Source of the DNA: a virus
Reading direction: 5' to 3' (one strand)
DNA length: 64,000 nucleotides
IMG/VR virus record: IMGVR_UViG_3300013006_000023
Location: 1 to 64,000 of that record
The translations under genes and the position numbers were made by a program. The notes under the pieces are model-generated. The model did no database searches. It worked only from the letters and a program-made list of their open reading frames with translations, and had not been told where the DNA came from. This document shows positions 1 through 9,241 of the stretch, in pieces. Numbering within the stretch: position 1 is the stretch's first letter; each line of letters starts with the position of its first letter.

Positions 1-120
1 TATGAAAATTGTTGGCTTAAGGATGAGAGGTTAAAGGACAAGGTAACTGTTTTAAAAGGAACAGTGGAAGAACGCATGGAAGCAATTAAAATAAAACTAC
101 ATGAATACGCAATTAGATAA
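1..120 (+). CDS. partial CDS (3' end), probably AAA_28/NadR-type P-loop kinase
   Basis: Frame 1 is open from the window edge: YENCWLKDERLKDKVTVLKGTVEERMEAIKIKLHEYAIR*. The GTVEERME tail resembles GTPEQRVE at the C-terminus of the 21714-22454 kinase. Overlaps the queF start. Confidence 0.45.
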   Translation, partial: YENCWLKDERLKDKVTVLKGTVEERMEAIKIKLHEYAIR

Positions 121-1021
121 CAGTAACATATCAAAGCATCTTGGTAAAATAACTGGGTACAAATGTACCTATGACCCTTCTCTCTTAGTTCGTGAGCCAA
201 GGCAGAACAATAGAAAGCATTTGGATATCTCTGATGATAATCCACCGTTTTGTGGCTATGATGTTTGGAATGCTTATGAAGTGTCTTGTCTGACTGGTGA
301 AGGCATGCCCATTTCAGCCATTGCCAAAGTTGTATACCCTGCAACCAACAAGTACATTGTGGAGTCCAAGTCCATCAAGCTGTACATGAACACTTTCAAC
401 ATGGAGACGTATCAGGGCAACATTATTAGTGTCTTGCAGCAATTAGAAGCTGTGATGGAAAACGATTTGTCTAAGCTATTAGAAACAGAAGTTAGAGTTT
501 GTGTCAGACTTACAAAAGCTATTGATGATGCAATGTACTATCCACCCTTGTTCTCTACTGCTGATTATCCTACATTGGAAAACAATATTGATGTGACGTC
601 CATTAAGTCAAGAGGATATAAAGAGGATCCCTCTCTTCTTGGCTGGTTGGAAGGTGATTCGAATAAAGTGCAGCGCTTTCATTCAGCCCTTTTAAAGAGT
701 AATTGCAGGGTCACATCTCAACCGGATTGGGGGGATGTTTATATTCATTACAAAGGTCCTTATGAGCTCAATCAAACCTCTTTGTTGCAATACATTGTTT
801 CATTCAGAGATGAATGCCATTTTCATGAGGAAATTTGCGAGACCATTTACAAGCGGTTATATGACTTGGTTAAGCCAGAAGAGCTGATGGTAGCTTGTCT
901 GTATGTTAGACGTGGTGGAATTGATATCAATCCCATTAGAGCCAATAGCCCAGAACTGTTGAAGCAGAATGGTGCTTTGTGGGATAAGTGGAAGTACTTC
1001 ACCAAGACAGTGCGACAATAA
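101..1021 (+). CDS. queF: NADPH-dependent 7-cyano-7-deazaguanine (preQ0) reductase, bimodular type
   Basis: QueF motif VESKSIKLYM, catalytic LKSNCRVTSQPDWG, FHEEICE, and YVRRGGIDINPIR. Confidence 0.93.
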   Translation: MNTQLDNSNISKHLGKITGYKCTYDPSLLVREPRQNNRKHLDISDDNPPFCGYDVWNAYEVSCLTGEGMPISAIAKVVYPATNKYIVESKSIKLYMNTFNMETYQGNIISVLQQLEAVMENDLSKLLETEVRVCVRLTKAIDDAMYYPPLFSTADYPTLENNIDVTSIKSRGYKEDPSLLGWLEGDSNKVQRFHSALLKSNCRVTSQPDWGDVYIHYKGPYELNQTSLLQYIVSFRDECHFHEEICETIYKRLYDLVKPEELMVACLYVRRGGIDINPIRANSPELLKQNGALWDKWKYFTKTVRQ

Positions 1022-1414
1022 TTAACCGTTAAGATTCCAAAGCCTGAGGCCTTCAGGGCTCACGCTATCAAAACCATTATCAGCTAATGTCTGTGTTCCA
1101 ACACCTGTTACACAAGTAAAGATTGAGCTTGATCTGTCTGCTCTTTGCAGTGCAAATTGCACACCATTATAGGCTCTGTCAACTCTAAAAGTTGTATTAA
1201 CACCATCTAGAGTGCCTGTAAGAATTGCATATGTGTTTGTCAAGGTACGGGTAGCAGCTTGAAACAACAATGATTGTGCGGTGCTGCCTAAAGTAACTAA
1301 GTTAACACCTAAAAAATTACCTGCAGCATTAAAAGCTGACTTTGATAGATTTAGAGATGTGGGGTTTGAAGCAGTTGGTTCTGCAACTTGAAATGAAAAT
1401 ACTATTGATGCCAT
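1022..1414 (-). CDS. putative virion structural/decoration protein
   Basis: 130 aa, rich in T/S/N/A/G, directly after the major capsid gene, with its own TAAATA late box 6 nt upstream. Confidence 0.5.
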   Translation of the reverse strand: MASIVFSFQVAEPTASNPTSLNLSKSAFNAAGNFLGVNLVTLGSTAQSLLFQAATRTLTNTYAILTGTLDGVNTTFRVDRAYNGVQFALQRADRSSSIFTCVTGVGTQTLADNGFDSVSPEGLRLWNLNG

Positions 1415-1420
1415 ATAAAT

Positions 1421-1426
1421 TATTTA
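1421..1426 (-). promoter_or_regulatory. T4-type late promoter box (TAAATA), representative of about 22 copies
   Basis: AATAAATA-atttat-ATG on the minus strand, identical to the element before the tail sheath gene (61593-61609). Confidence 0.75.
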
Positions 1427-1456
1427 TTCTAAATAGTCAATTTTTTTATAATAACC

Positions 1457-1489
1457 AAAAAAAAAGGGCCTCGCAAGAGGCCCTTTTTT
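1457..1489 (-). terminator. Rho-independent terminator after the major capsid gene (bidirectional shape)
   Basis: A9-GGGCCTC-GCAA-GAGGCCC-T6: 7-bp GC stem flanked by A/T tracts. Confidence 0.9.
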
Positions 1490-1547
1490 AAAGCTCCCGG
1501 GACGGACCGGGTGAAAAACTCTTTCTTTTGTTAATCCCAACTACTTC

Positions 1548-3044
1548 TTAGAAGTAGACGGCTTGTGTTCCAGGCGTAAATGCTACACCGAGACCAGACA
1601 CAATGATAACGTGATAATAAAGATTCGCACCAAAGATGTTATCTACAACACCATAACGGGTTAATAGACCAACACGAGGTGAGAAATCATTAGGACCAAT
1701 CGTTCTCTGCACCATGACCGGAATATATGGACAATAGATGATACCAGTGTCATAGAATTCAGGACCCTTGTAACCAAGGAGTGCATACTCAAGACGAGGC
1801 GGGGTACGAGTGGTACCGGCAGGGAACGGGCCCTTACCAGCATAGTTACCACCTGCACCAGCTTCAAATTGAGCTTCTGTGCGTGTGTCACGATAAACAT
1901 TAAAACGACCACCAAGCGAGCCTACCTTTGCGACACCAACTGGCTGAGTGTTAACATTGCCTTGGACCGGTACCCACTGAAATTCAGGGAGCATTTCCAA
2001 GATGGCGCAAACACGAGGCGTACCAACAATAAAGTTAGCAGCACCACGACGATTGCGAACAGCAATTCTGTTAGCCTCAACAATTAGTCTCTGATAGAAG
2101 TCACGATTACGTTCAACGAGCCAGCGACCATCTGCAGAAGCAGGAGACCAGACTGAGAAGCCTGTTCCTAATCCGGCATTAAGGGCGGTTTGGATCATAC
2201 GAATAATCATTTCGCGATCAATTTCGGCCTGCAACTCATACGACATAGCGTTGGTGAGTTCGGTATCGATATCGATGCCATTCATATTCTTAAGATCCTG
2301 CTCTAACTCTACAGACCAGCGGGCTGAAAGTCTACGAGTTCCTGCTTCAACAGCAGTCTTTTCGAAACTCACAACAACCTGCGGAATCTTTGAAGTTAGC
2401 TCAAACTGACTGAGCAATTGTGCAACACCTTGATCCTGCGGCAACATTGCAAAATACGAGTTACCGGAAAGAGTTCCGGCAGACGTACCAGTGAAGCGCG
2501 TATCGAGGTATTGATAGCCCAACTCGGCACCAGATGATTGTGCAGCAGCAGGTGAGGCATTATCGGAACTTCCGAGTGAGCCGTCGCCGCCGTTGACCTG
2601 TGTACCGAGGGATGAACCTTCGTACTTATATCTTAAAGCAAAAGCAAGACCTACTGGGCCGCTCATGGGTTGCACACCAACGATTTCGTTAGTGATCAAC
2701 TCAGGAAACGTACGGCGAATCATGGGAATGAGGATCTTAGGGAGACGAGCATCGCCAGCAGCGTATGCGGAGTCATTCTGCGAAGGGAACTGGTTACCAT
2801 AGTAACCGGCGCCAGCAGCAGGACCACCAAATACATTGCTTGTGCCACCAGCAACGTTGCTGGCTTCAAAACACCACTTCTCTTGGTTTTCCAGGAGGAT
2901 GGCGGTGTTTAAGCGAGTGTGATCGTCTTCAATTGCGCGAACGTTATCTGAGGAGTAATCCAATACTGGACCCCACTTCTCGAGAAGAACCTTAGCGCGT
3001 GACTCATCAATGTAAGCCTGTGTAGGACGGATTTGTTTTGACAT
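1548..3044 (-). CDS. gp23: major capsid protein (T4 gp23-like)
   Basis: LLEKWGPVLD, TAILLENQE, VGVQPMSGPVGLAFALR, ELEQDLK, EIDRE, YCPYIP, PRVGLLTRYG. Confidence 0.97.
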   Translation of the reverse strand: MSKQIRPTQAYIDESRAKVLLEKWGPVLDYSSDNVRAIEDDHTRLNTAILLENQEKWCFEASNVAGGTSNVFGGPAAGAGYYGNQFPSQNDSAYAAGDARLPKILIPMIRRTFPELITNEIVGVQPMSGPVGLAFALRYKYEGSSLGTQVNGGDGSLGSSDNASPAAAQSSGAELGYQYLDTRFTGTSAGTLSGNSYFAMLPQDQGVAQLLSQFELTSKIPQVVVSFEKTAVEAGTRRLSARWSVELEQDLKNMNGIDIDTELTNAMSYELQAEIDREMIIRMIQTALNAGLGTGFSVWSPASADGRWLVERNRDFYQRLIVEANRIAVRNRRGAANFIVGTPRVCAILEMLPEFQWVPVQGNVNTQPVGVAKVGSLGGRFNVYRDTRTEAQFEAGAGGNYAGKGPFPAGTTRTPPRLEYALLGYKGPEFYDTGIIYCPYIPVMVQRTIGPNDFSPRVGLLTRYGVVDNIFGANLYYHVIIVSGLGVAFTPGTQAVYF

Positions 3045-3120
3045 AATAATTAATTTTCCTTTGTGTATTGTCGACCTTATAATTCTTTTCAGGGCATAGC
3101 CCTCAGAAATCTAGTAAAAC

Positions 3121-3999
3121 TTAATATTTACCTAATTCACTCAGGTAAGAATTAAAAGAGGGATCATTTTCATCCTTCAACTCAACTGATTCAGCCACCA
3201 CAGGACGATCAACTTCTTTAGTCACAGTCTCTGTGATTGCTTCTCTTTTTAGATTTCCAAGTCGCTCAACTTCGGCGGTATCAAGCATCTTAAGCGTGTA
3301 ATCGAAATTTTCTTTAATGAACTCGTATGACTTTTGAGAGAGCATTCTTTTCATATACTTCTTCTCTTTTTCATCGAGATCGGAAACTTTCGTTTCTAAG
3401 AGAACAGCAGCTTTAAGCTTCTTATTCTCTTCGCTAAGATTATTGATCTCCTTGTTAGCAACTTCAAGCTGATTAACAGCTTCATCTATTTTTGTCTTTC
3501 CGTCAATTACAGCATCACGAATTCCTTCGCTTGCCATAATCATATCAACAGAAAGCATTTTGCGGAAATTTTCTAGAACAGCAACTGCTCTTTTATTCTT
3601 CACCGCTTCATTAATGTCAGCCATGGGCAGCTTCTCATCAATATAATTTTCTAAGTATTTAGAAATATTCTCAACTAAATTGGTCTTGAAGCTTGAGGCT
3701 TCACTGTTTAAAACTTTTTCGTACTTCTCGACAACAGTCTTTAATTTGACTGCTCTGTCTGCATCAATAGCACCAACAACTTTTTTCAACTTATTTGTAT
3801 GATCGGCATCAATGGCTTCAATTAGTGTTTCGAGTTTTTTTGAATAATCTTCATCTTGTTCAATCAAAGCTTTTTCAACATGAAGCTTTACTTTCTCATC
3901 CACAGAAGCATTAAATGCCGATTCAATGTCTTTTAAGACATCTTCTGTCAAGATATCTTTTGCAACCGTCTTTAATGTGTCTGTTATGTTTGTTTCCAT
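3121..3999 (-). CDS. gp22: prohead core scaffold protein (gp22-like)
   Basis: Coiled-coil, E/K-rich, C-terminal FNSYLSEL; lies between the protease and capsid genes. Confidence 0.8.
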   Translation of the reverse strand: METNITDTLKTVAKDILTEDVLKDIESAFNASVDEKVKLHVEKALIEQDEDYSKKLETLIEAIDADHTNKLKKVVGAIDADRAVKLKTVVEKYEKVLNSEASSFKTNLVENISKYLENYIDEKLPMADINEAVKNKRAVAVLENFRKMLSVDMIMASEGIRDAVIDGKTKIDEAVNQLEVANKEINNLSEENKKLKAAVLLETKVSDLDEKEKKYMKRMLSQKSYEFIKENFDYTLKMLDTAEVERLGNLKREAITETVTKEVDRPVVAESVELKDENDPSFNSYLSELGKY

Positions 4000-4000
4000 A

Positions 4001-5185
4001 TTAAAATATTTTGTTGTTTAGAGAATTCTCAATCCTTTCTTTTAACTTAGAACTGATGATGCTCTCTAAATATTTATTGGCTTCAGCGTAATTTTTTTGT
4101 GATATATTGTGAATAAATTTTACTATATCTGAAGATTCCTTAATCTTCTTTTTCTTTTTCTTTTTTCTATCTTCTTCATCTTCACCTTTAATAGCCCCTT
4201 TTATTTCCTTAACTGCACCGGGAGCAGCACCACCAATGAGACCACCAAGAGCAGCGGCACCAGCCGTTCCACCCATTAACCCGCCAGCTACGGCACCAAG
4301 AGTACCTGTGGCCAAGCCTTCCTTAGCTATAATCTTTTTTTTCTTTTTCTTTGACTCTTCCATCTCATTATTATTTATTGGCTTATTACCATTTTTCTGC
4401 TGTAATTTTTTATTAATAGCTTTAGCAGCTAAATCTGTCCCAGCTTGTAAAGCTATTTGTCGTGCAATTGCTGGGGCTAGTGCGTTTGCTCCTGCTGCTA
4501 AAGCTCCTACAAATTCTTTTACAACTTCTGGTTGCATTGACTCCATAGCTGTAAGAAGATATGTATCGAGAGTATCATCATCTTTTAATCCATACTTCTT
4601 TTTAATAGTTTCTCTATCCTTGTCAACTGAAGTCGATCGGCCGTAAAAAATATCTTGTGCCGCGGGATCAGCTTTTATCTTGTTTATTGTGTCTTTGGAT
4701 AATGATGTGGATGTCGACGAAGATGGAGCCACTGGCGAGGATGCAGTTACTGGTGATGCTGGTTTGGTGGCAGTTCCTGCAGTGGGAGTAGTTAACACAG
4801 GCGGGGTTGCTCCTGGAGCTGCTGCTGTGGGTGTGGCGGGTGATGCAGCTGTGCGTGCAGCAGGTGATGATGCAGAACTATTGGACAGCATGTTAATCAC
4901 AGAGTCAGGTATGTCAATATTAAATCTTTTTTTGAAAACATCTTTTGCAACTGCTGGTCCCACTTGTTTAATAACAGGAGCTAATGCGTTAATCAAAGAG
5001 CTGCCTATTTGTCCTGCAGAGCTACTAATCTTAGAAATGGTATCTGGATTTTTTGATACAAATTTACCAACTTGTTTGCCAAGTTTGTTTGCTTTGTACA
5101 ATGCTGCCCCACCAAGAGTTGCAGCAAGAGCTCCTTTGCCAAGCGCACCAAAGTTTACTTCGTTGACCAAATTACCATTCTTCAT
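4001..5185 (-). CDS. prohead core / internal head polyprotein (low complexity, Gly-zipper segments, poly-Lys tracts)
   Basis: Between gp21 and gp22; repeated x-x-E sites (LVNE, VVKE, IAKE, KIKE); the C-terminal 45 aa look like small T4-like prohead core proteins. Confidence 0.5.
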   Translation of the reverse strand: MKNGNLVNEVNFGALGKGALAATLGGAALYKANKLGKQVGKFVSKNPDTISKISSSAGQIGSSLINALAPVIKQVGPAVAKDVFKKRFNIDIPDSVINMLSNSSASSPAARTAASPATPTAAAPGATPPVLTTPTAGTATKPASPVTASSPVAPSSSTSTSLSKDTINKIKADPAAQDIFYGRSTSVDKDRETIKKKYGLKDDDTLDTYLLTAMESMQPEVVKEFVGALAAGANALAPAIARQIALQAGTDLAAKAINKKLQQKNGNKPINNNEMEESKKKKKKIIAKEGLATGTLGAVAGGLMGGTAGAAALGGLIGGAAPGAVKEIKGAIKGEDEEDRKKKKKKKIKESSDIVKFIHNISQKNYAEANKYLESIISSKLKERIENSLNNKIF

Positions 5186-5853
5186 ACAGTTTTAAGCACT
5201 TTGAAGAAGCTAATAATCTGTTCCTTTAAATAGTCCTGAACATCTTTTCTGGGCAAATTCAAAAGTGAACGCTCGAAATTACTATAAACTTCTTCAAGAT
5301 ATTTGTCGTCTTTCAATACAAACTGTTTGCTTTCTAGAATTCCATTAACGAAAGCTTTGGGGCACGACGGATCAGCCACACAATCAATGGCTACCAGTCT
5401 CATGTCTGTAACACGGTTGATACCACCTGCTTCTTCATTCAATTTCCCTAGAGCGCGGCTTGACATGCCCACTCTAACACCATCATTGATTAAAGATCTG
5501 ACAATCTGACCCATGGGGGTGGACAATACTTGGCTCCTGCCCATGACGTAATTGTTTTCAACTTTAAGATTTGTAACAATGTGACATGCTCTCTCTAAAT
5601 CTACCTCAGCGCTTGTGGGATGATTCAATTCACCCATGGCTCTTTTGGGTTCAACCATTTCCTTTACATAGCGGTTTACTTCCTTGACCATGTCATCTTT
5701 AGAATAAATTCTTTGGTTTTTATTAACCGTTTCATACATCATGTATGGCCCTTGAATAAATAATTTGGCCGCTCCTTTAGAATTTTTTTCTTCTAGAATA
5801 TATTCAAATTGTTCTTCTGGTGCAGGTGTTTCGACTAATAATCTATATGCCAT
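5182..5853 (-). CDS. gp21: prohead maturation protease (gp21-like)
   Basis: NKNQRIY, AMGELNHP, TPMGQIV, GMSSRALG, DCVADPS. Confidence 0.95.
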   Translation of the reverse strand: MAYRLLVETPAPEEQFEYILEEKNSKGAAKLFIQGPYMMYETVNKNQRIYSKDDMVKEVNRYVKEMVEPKRAMGELNHPTSAEVDLERACHIVTNLKVENNYVMGRSQVLSTPMGQIVRSLINDGVRVGMSSRALGKLNEEAGGINRVTDMRLVAIDCVADPSCPKAFVNGILESKQFVLKDDKYLEEVYSNFERSLLNLPRKDVQDYLKEQIISFFKVLKTV

Positions 5854-5883
5854 AATATTATTTATTAATTTGTAATGTATTTA

Positions 5884-6336
5884 TTATAAACCTAGCTCTT
5901 TCTCTGTTAATATTAGAAACTTATAACTCCTTTGTGCACACCATTTTTTAGCCGCCTGCCATTTGGCTGCATTTTGAATATATCGTCTACCCTCATATAT
6001 AACAGTGCTATTGCGCTTTTTGCCTGTTGTTGGTGGTTTTGTCTGACTGCTTGGTTTTATTTCGACAATATATTTAGACACTGTGTCACCTTCTTTGATT
6101 ACAAGCACACCATCAGTAAAATAACGGTGCACTTTACCGTCTATTGGATTGGTGTAAGGGATGACTATTGCTTCACTTGCCCATTCTAATACATTACTGT
6201 TCTCATCACACCATCTAAAAAATTTTAACTCCCATCCACTTCGGTACACTGGGTAGCCTTTGCCTACATATTTCTTATGGTTTCTTGGCTTGAAAACTCC
6301 TTGACGGAATTTACCTGAACTATTGATGGGTATCAT
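5884..6336 (-). CDS. gp4: head completion protein (gp4-like, TnsA-type nuclease fold)
   Basis: YRSGWELKFFRWCD, WASE, HRYFTD, IVEIKP, NAAKWQAA, ILTEKEL. Confidence 0.88.
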   Translation of the reverse strand: MIPINSSGKFRQGVFKPRNHKKYVGKGYPVYRSGWELKFFRWCDENSNVLEWASEAIVIPYTNPIDGKVHRYFTDGVLVIKEGDTVSKYIVEIKPSSQTKPPTTGKKRNSTVIYEGRRYIQNAAKWQAAKKWCAQRSYKFLILTEKELGL

Positions 6337-7409
6337 CCTACAAAGAATGATGGAGGTGCAGCATCTCCCAGCCCTGGTGCGCCTTCATATAGTTTTTGCT
6401 CAAGCGCGGCTTTCTCACTCAAGCCTTGATTGAGCAAGTCACTGTAATTAATTTGCCCGCCACCAAATAATTGGGTTCCTGTGTATTTACCTCTTACGTT
6501 ACCAATACATATCTTTGTTAATGCGAGAGCATATTGATAGACCCAATGCTCCTTGATTAAATCACGCAACGGTCTTTCCACATAACAACTAACAACACCA
6601 TAAAATCTGCTTCCTGAGCCTGGGGTTCTGGGTGGTGGGTAGAAAACCAGATACTGTGTGCGGTCATCAAAAGTAAAGTATCTTCTTTGAGCTAAAAGTT
6701 TTTCTCTTACTTCTAGCCAATTCTTAAGGGTGTACCAACTAATCAAATCAAACCCATAGTTACCCATGGCATAACTAAAATATGTTTGCTGAGCTAAAGT
6801 TTGTTCAATAGTGAACAATGTATTGACACCAGTTGTAGAACCCTCTTCAAAATCTATGATATCAATAACTTTTCTATAATCCATTACATCATAGTCAAAA
6901 CTGTTAACAAGTGATGCTTGTGAGTTTCTGGAAGGCTCGAAATAATTGCCGAGTATACCGTTAAAATTTATAACACTTAGATAGTTATATTTTGTTAAAA
7001 TTTGGTTTTCGAAAATACCATCCTTATAGGTTGCTGATAGAGAAGTTGAAGTAGAAAAGGCTTGAGAAGAAATTGATGATGTTGCAACATATACTGTGTT
7101 GTTTGGTGTATTGACTCTGTTGAAAGTCGGTGTAATACTAAACAATTCATCAAGTTTTACACCCTTGTAGTCTTTGTAAAGATCAGAATCAAAAACAAGT
7201 ATTTCTTCTGTATAGCCTGCAAACTTTGCAAACATTTCGCATGCTATGGATATGTTCTCAAATAGTTGATCCTGATGTACTTCCACATTGATCATTGGTG
7301 CACCAAGTGAACGAGAGATGCGTTCACCCAATCTCTGAAATGAATCCATCTTACTGTTGAGATTGGTGCTTTGAAATGCTGTTATCGGGGTAATTGCAGA
7401 ACAGTCCAT
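6333..7409 (-). CDS. gp13: neck protein (gp13-like)
   Basis: RSLGAPMINVEV, WVYQYALALTKICIGNVRGKY, LFGGGQIN, C-terminal FFVG. Confidence 0.85.
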   Translation of the reverse strand: MDCSAITPITAFQSTNLNSKMDSFQRLGERISRSLGAPMINVEVHQDQLFENISIACEMFAKFAGYTEEILVFDSDLYKDYKGVKLDELFSITPTFNRVNTPNNTVYVATSSISSQAFSTSTSLSATYKDGIFENQILTKYNYLSVINFNGILGNYFEPSRNSQASLVNSFDYDVMDYRKVIDIIDFEEGSTTGVNTLFTIEQTLAQQTYFSYAMGNYGFDLISWYTLKNWLEVREKLLAQRRYFTFDDRTQYLVFYPPPRTPGSGSRFYGVVSCYVERPLRDLIKEHWVYQYALALTKICIGNVRGKYTGTQLFGGGQINYSDLLNQGLSEKAALEQKLYEGAPGLGDAAPPSFFVG

Positions 7410-7437
7410 AATTTTATTTAATAAAAATTACTATATA

Positions 7438-9222
7438 TTATGCCACTGCAGGGGCTTGAGGCACTGATCCACCAGCAGCTGCTGCATCACCCTGTGCAGC
7501 ATCAGGCGCACCTGTTTCACCACCTGCTGCTGCTGGTGATGGACCAAACTCAGGTGGCAATCTTGAGCCACCAGCTGCACCTGCACCTGCGACTGCTTGA
7601 CCCTCTGCTCCTGCAACAGGCTGCGCTCCTACTTCACGCCAATTTGGACCACTATTAGTAATTTGATCAAGCTCCCATAGAATCTCTCTGTCTTTTCTAA
7701 GAAACTCGCGATTTGCCATGATGTCAGTTTCTGACCATCCTAGATATTTTTTTTGCGCAAAGGTCTTGGAGACCAGATCACCTTGGGTAATATTATTGAA
7801 ATTTTCTGCTTTGAGTTGGAATCTTTGATTTTCTCTTAGTTCATAAAAATTAGTTGGCACATTAAAGTACATCTCTATGTGACTTTCGTGTAGCTTATAT
7901 TCTTCAAATATTTTCTTTAACCTCAAGTGTGTAAGGAATCCGTTCTTTAATCCACTAGCAAAATGTTGTTGCATGCGAATAATAAATCTGGCAAACTTTA
8001 ATTCTTCTCTAAGAATCTCAGCTCCATCTCTGAATACATCTTCACTGTTCAAACGGCTAGTTGGTACTTTGAGTGCTTTGTATAGTTTGCCAACAAAATA
8101 CATCAAATCTGTTAGTTCACCGAGATTCTGACCTCCTTGGAGCTGGTCCACTGTCGTGCCCGTGCTGCCTTGTCTTTTTGCAAACCAGAAACTATCTAGC
8201 ATGGACTGTGGGTTAAATTTTTGCACTGATGCACCCTGGTCAGCATCATATGTGCGCCTGGACCAATAGTTGGTCATGAGTTTGCGAAGATATGCTTCAG
8301 CTTTCGGAGGAGGCATATTACCCACATCAACATTGAATACAAGTCTTTCAGGGGCTCTGACTAACCGATAGATAACTATTGCATCTTCAATTAAAGAAAG
8401 CTGTCTGTACGATCTTCTGGCATTTTCAATGTATGGTAATCTCAGAGTTTTATTTTCATTCCAGATGCCAGAGTTCACATATGTGACTTGATTGACATCC
8501 ATTGGCACAAGCTCTATCTTGGATACTTTGCCCGGGTTCTTTACATCATAAATATTTTTTCTTAATAAATATCCTTTTATAATTTGGTTCTGCACATTCT
8601 CAAAGATTGGATCAATAATATCAGAAGATATATTTACAACGCCCAATATGCCTTCCTCAGGATACTTCTTGTGAATAATATGCTCCCAATAAACCTCTGC
8701 ATCAACTAGCAGCTGTCTTATGTACTCCCAACCCTTATTCTCCAAATCAAAGAAACTAATATATTTCTGAAATTCTTTTCTAAGCTTTTCCTTCTGTTCT
8801 TCAGATAAATGTGAATCTTTTAATTTTAACTTCACTATGTCACCATTATCATCTTTGTTAATAAATTCATCGCATATTTCGTCCAACGCATCAGCTACTT
8901 CTGAATAAGCTGCCATGACTCTGTAATCGCCTAACCTCTTGCCTTTGTCAGGCTGAATGTTAGCATACATGAAGTTATGATAGTCCTTGTTCTGAAGAAC
9001 ATTAGCATATAATTCTTCATTGTATTGAATTGAAGAGGAAATGGATTGTCTGGATAGAGCTTCATCTCTTTTTGTACCTTTGTCAAAGAACTCTTCAAAC
9101 TTTGGATTCAGAGTTTTAATCTTATCTTCAACACTAAGAGATTGATATGGAAGCTTGGATGAAATGTATTTGACAAGATCCCGTCCGAAAGTACTTTCTC
9201 TATTAGAATTCTGATCAGCCAT
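7438..9222 (-). CDS. gp20: portal protein (gp20-like)
   Basis: YSEVADALDEI, QLSLIEDAIVIYRLVRAPERLVFNVDVGNMP, FWFAKRQG, LYKALKVPTSRL, REELKF. Confidence 0.96.
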   Translation of the reverse strand: MADQNSNRESTFGRDLVKYISSKLPYQSLSVEDKIKTLNPKFEEFFDKGTKRDEALSRQSISSSIQYNEELYANVLQNKDYHNFMYANIQPDKGKRLGDYRVMAAYSEVADALDEICDEFINKDDNGDIVKLKLKDSHLSEEQKEKLRKEFQKYISFFDLENKGWEYIRQLLVDAEVYWEHIIHKKYPEEGILGVVNISSDIIDPIFENVQNQIIKGYLLRKNIYDVKNPGKVSKIELVPMDVNQVTYVNSGIWNENKTLRLPYIENARRSYRQLSLIEDAIVIYRLVRAPERLVFNVDVGNMPPPKAEAYLRKLMTNYWSRRTYDADQGASVQKFNPQSMLDSFWFAKRQGSTGTTVDQLQGGQNLGELTDLMYFVGKLYKALKVPTSRLNSEDVFRDGAEILREELKFARFIIRMQQHFASGLKNGFLTHLRLKKIFEEYKLHESHIEMYFNVPTNFYELRENQRFQLKAENFNNITQGDLVSKTFAQKKYLGWSETDIMANREFLRKDREILWELDQITNSGPNWREVGAQPVAGAEGQAVAGAGAAGGSRLPPEFGPSPAAAGGETGAPDAAQGDAAAAGGSVPQAPAVA

Positions 9223-9241
9223 ATTATTACTTATAAGCTTT

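Noticed and set aside
1496-1511. Second GC hairpin (CCCGG-GACGGA-CCGGG) after gp23 as an ncRNA
   Set aside because: It is only a 5-bp stem beside the terminator, too little to support a call.
4140-4350. A-rich tracts as programmed frameshift sites
   Set aside because: They encode poly-Lys with mixed AAA/AAG codons, and the main frame is intact to a stop abutting gp22.
1661-5509. Alternative-frame and antisense ORFs over gp23, the polyprotein and gp21 (e.g. 4236-4646, 4680-5195), and similar shadows elsewhere (25243-25752, 31819-32259, 43209-43649, 58562-58888)
   Set aside because: They lie wholly within well-supported genes, mirror their codon bias or low complexity, and have no promoter boxes or motifs.
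5884-6336. TnsA-like nuclease as a transposon
   Set aside because: It matches the T4 gp4 head-completion family in a head-gene context; there are no transposon ends or partner genes.
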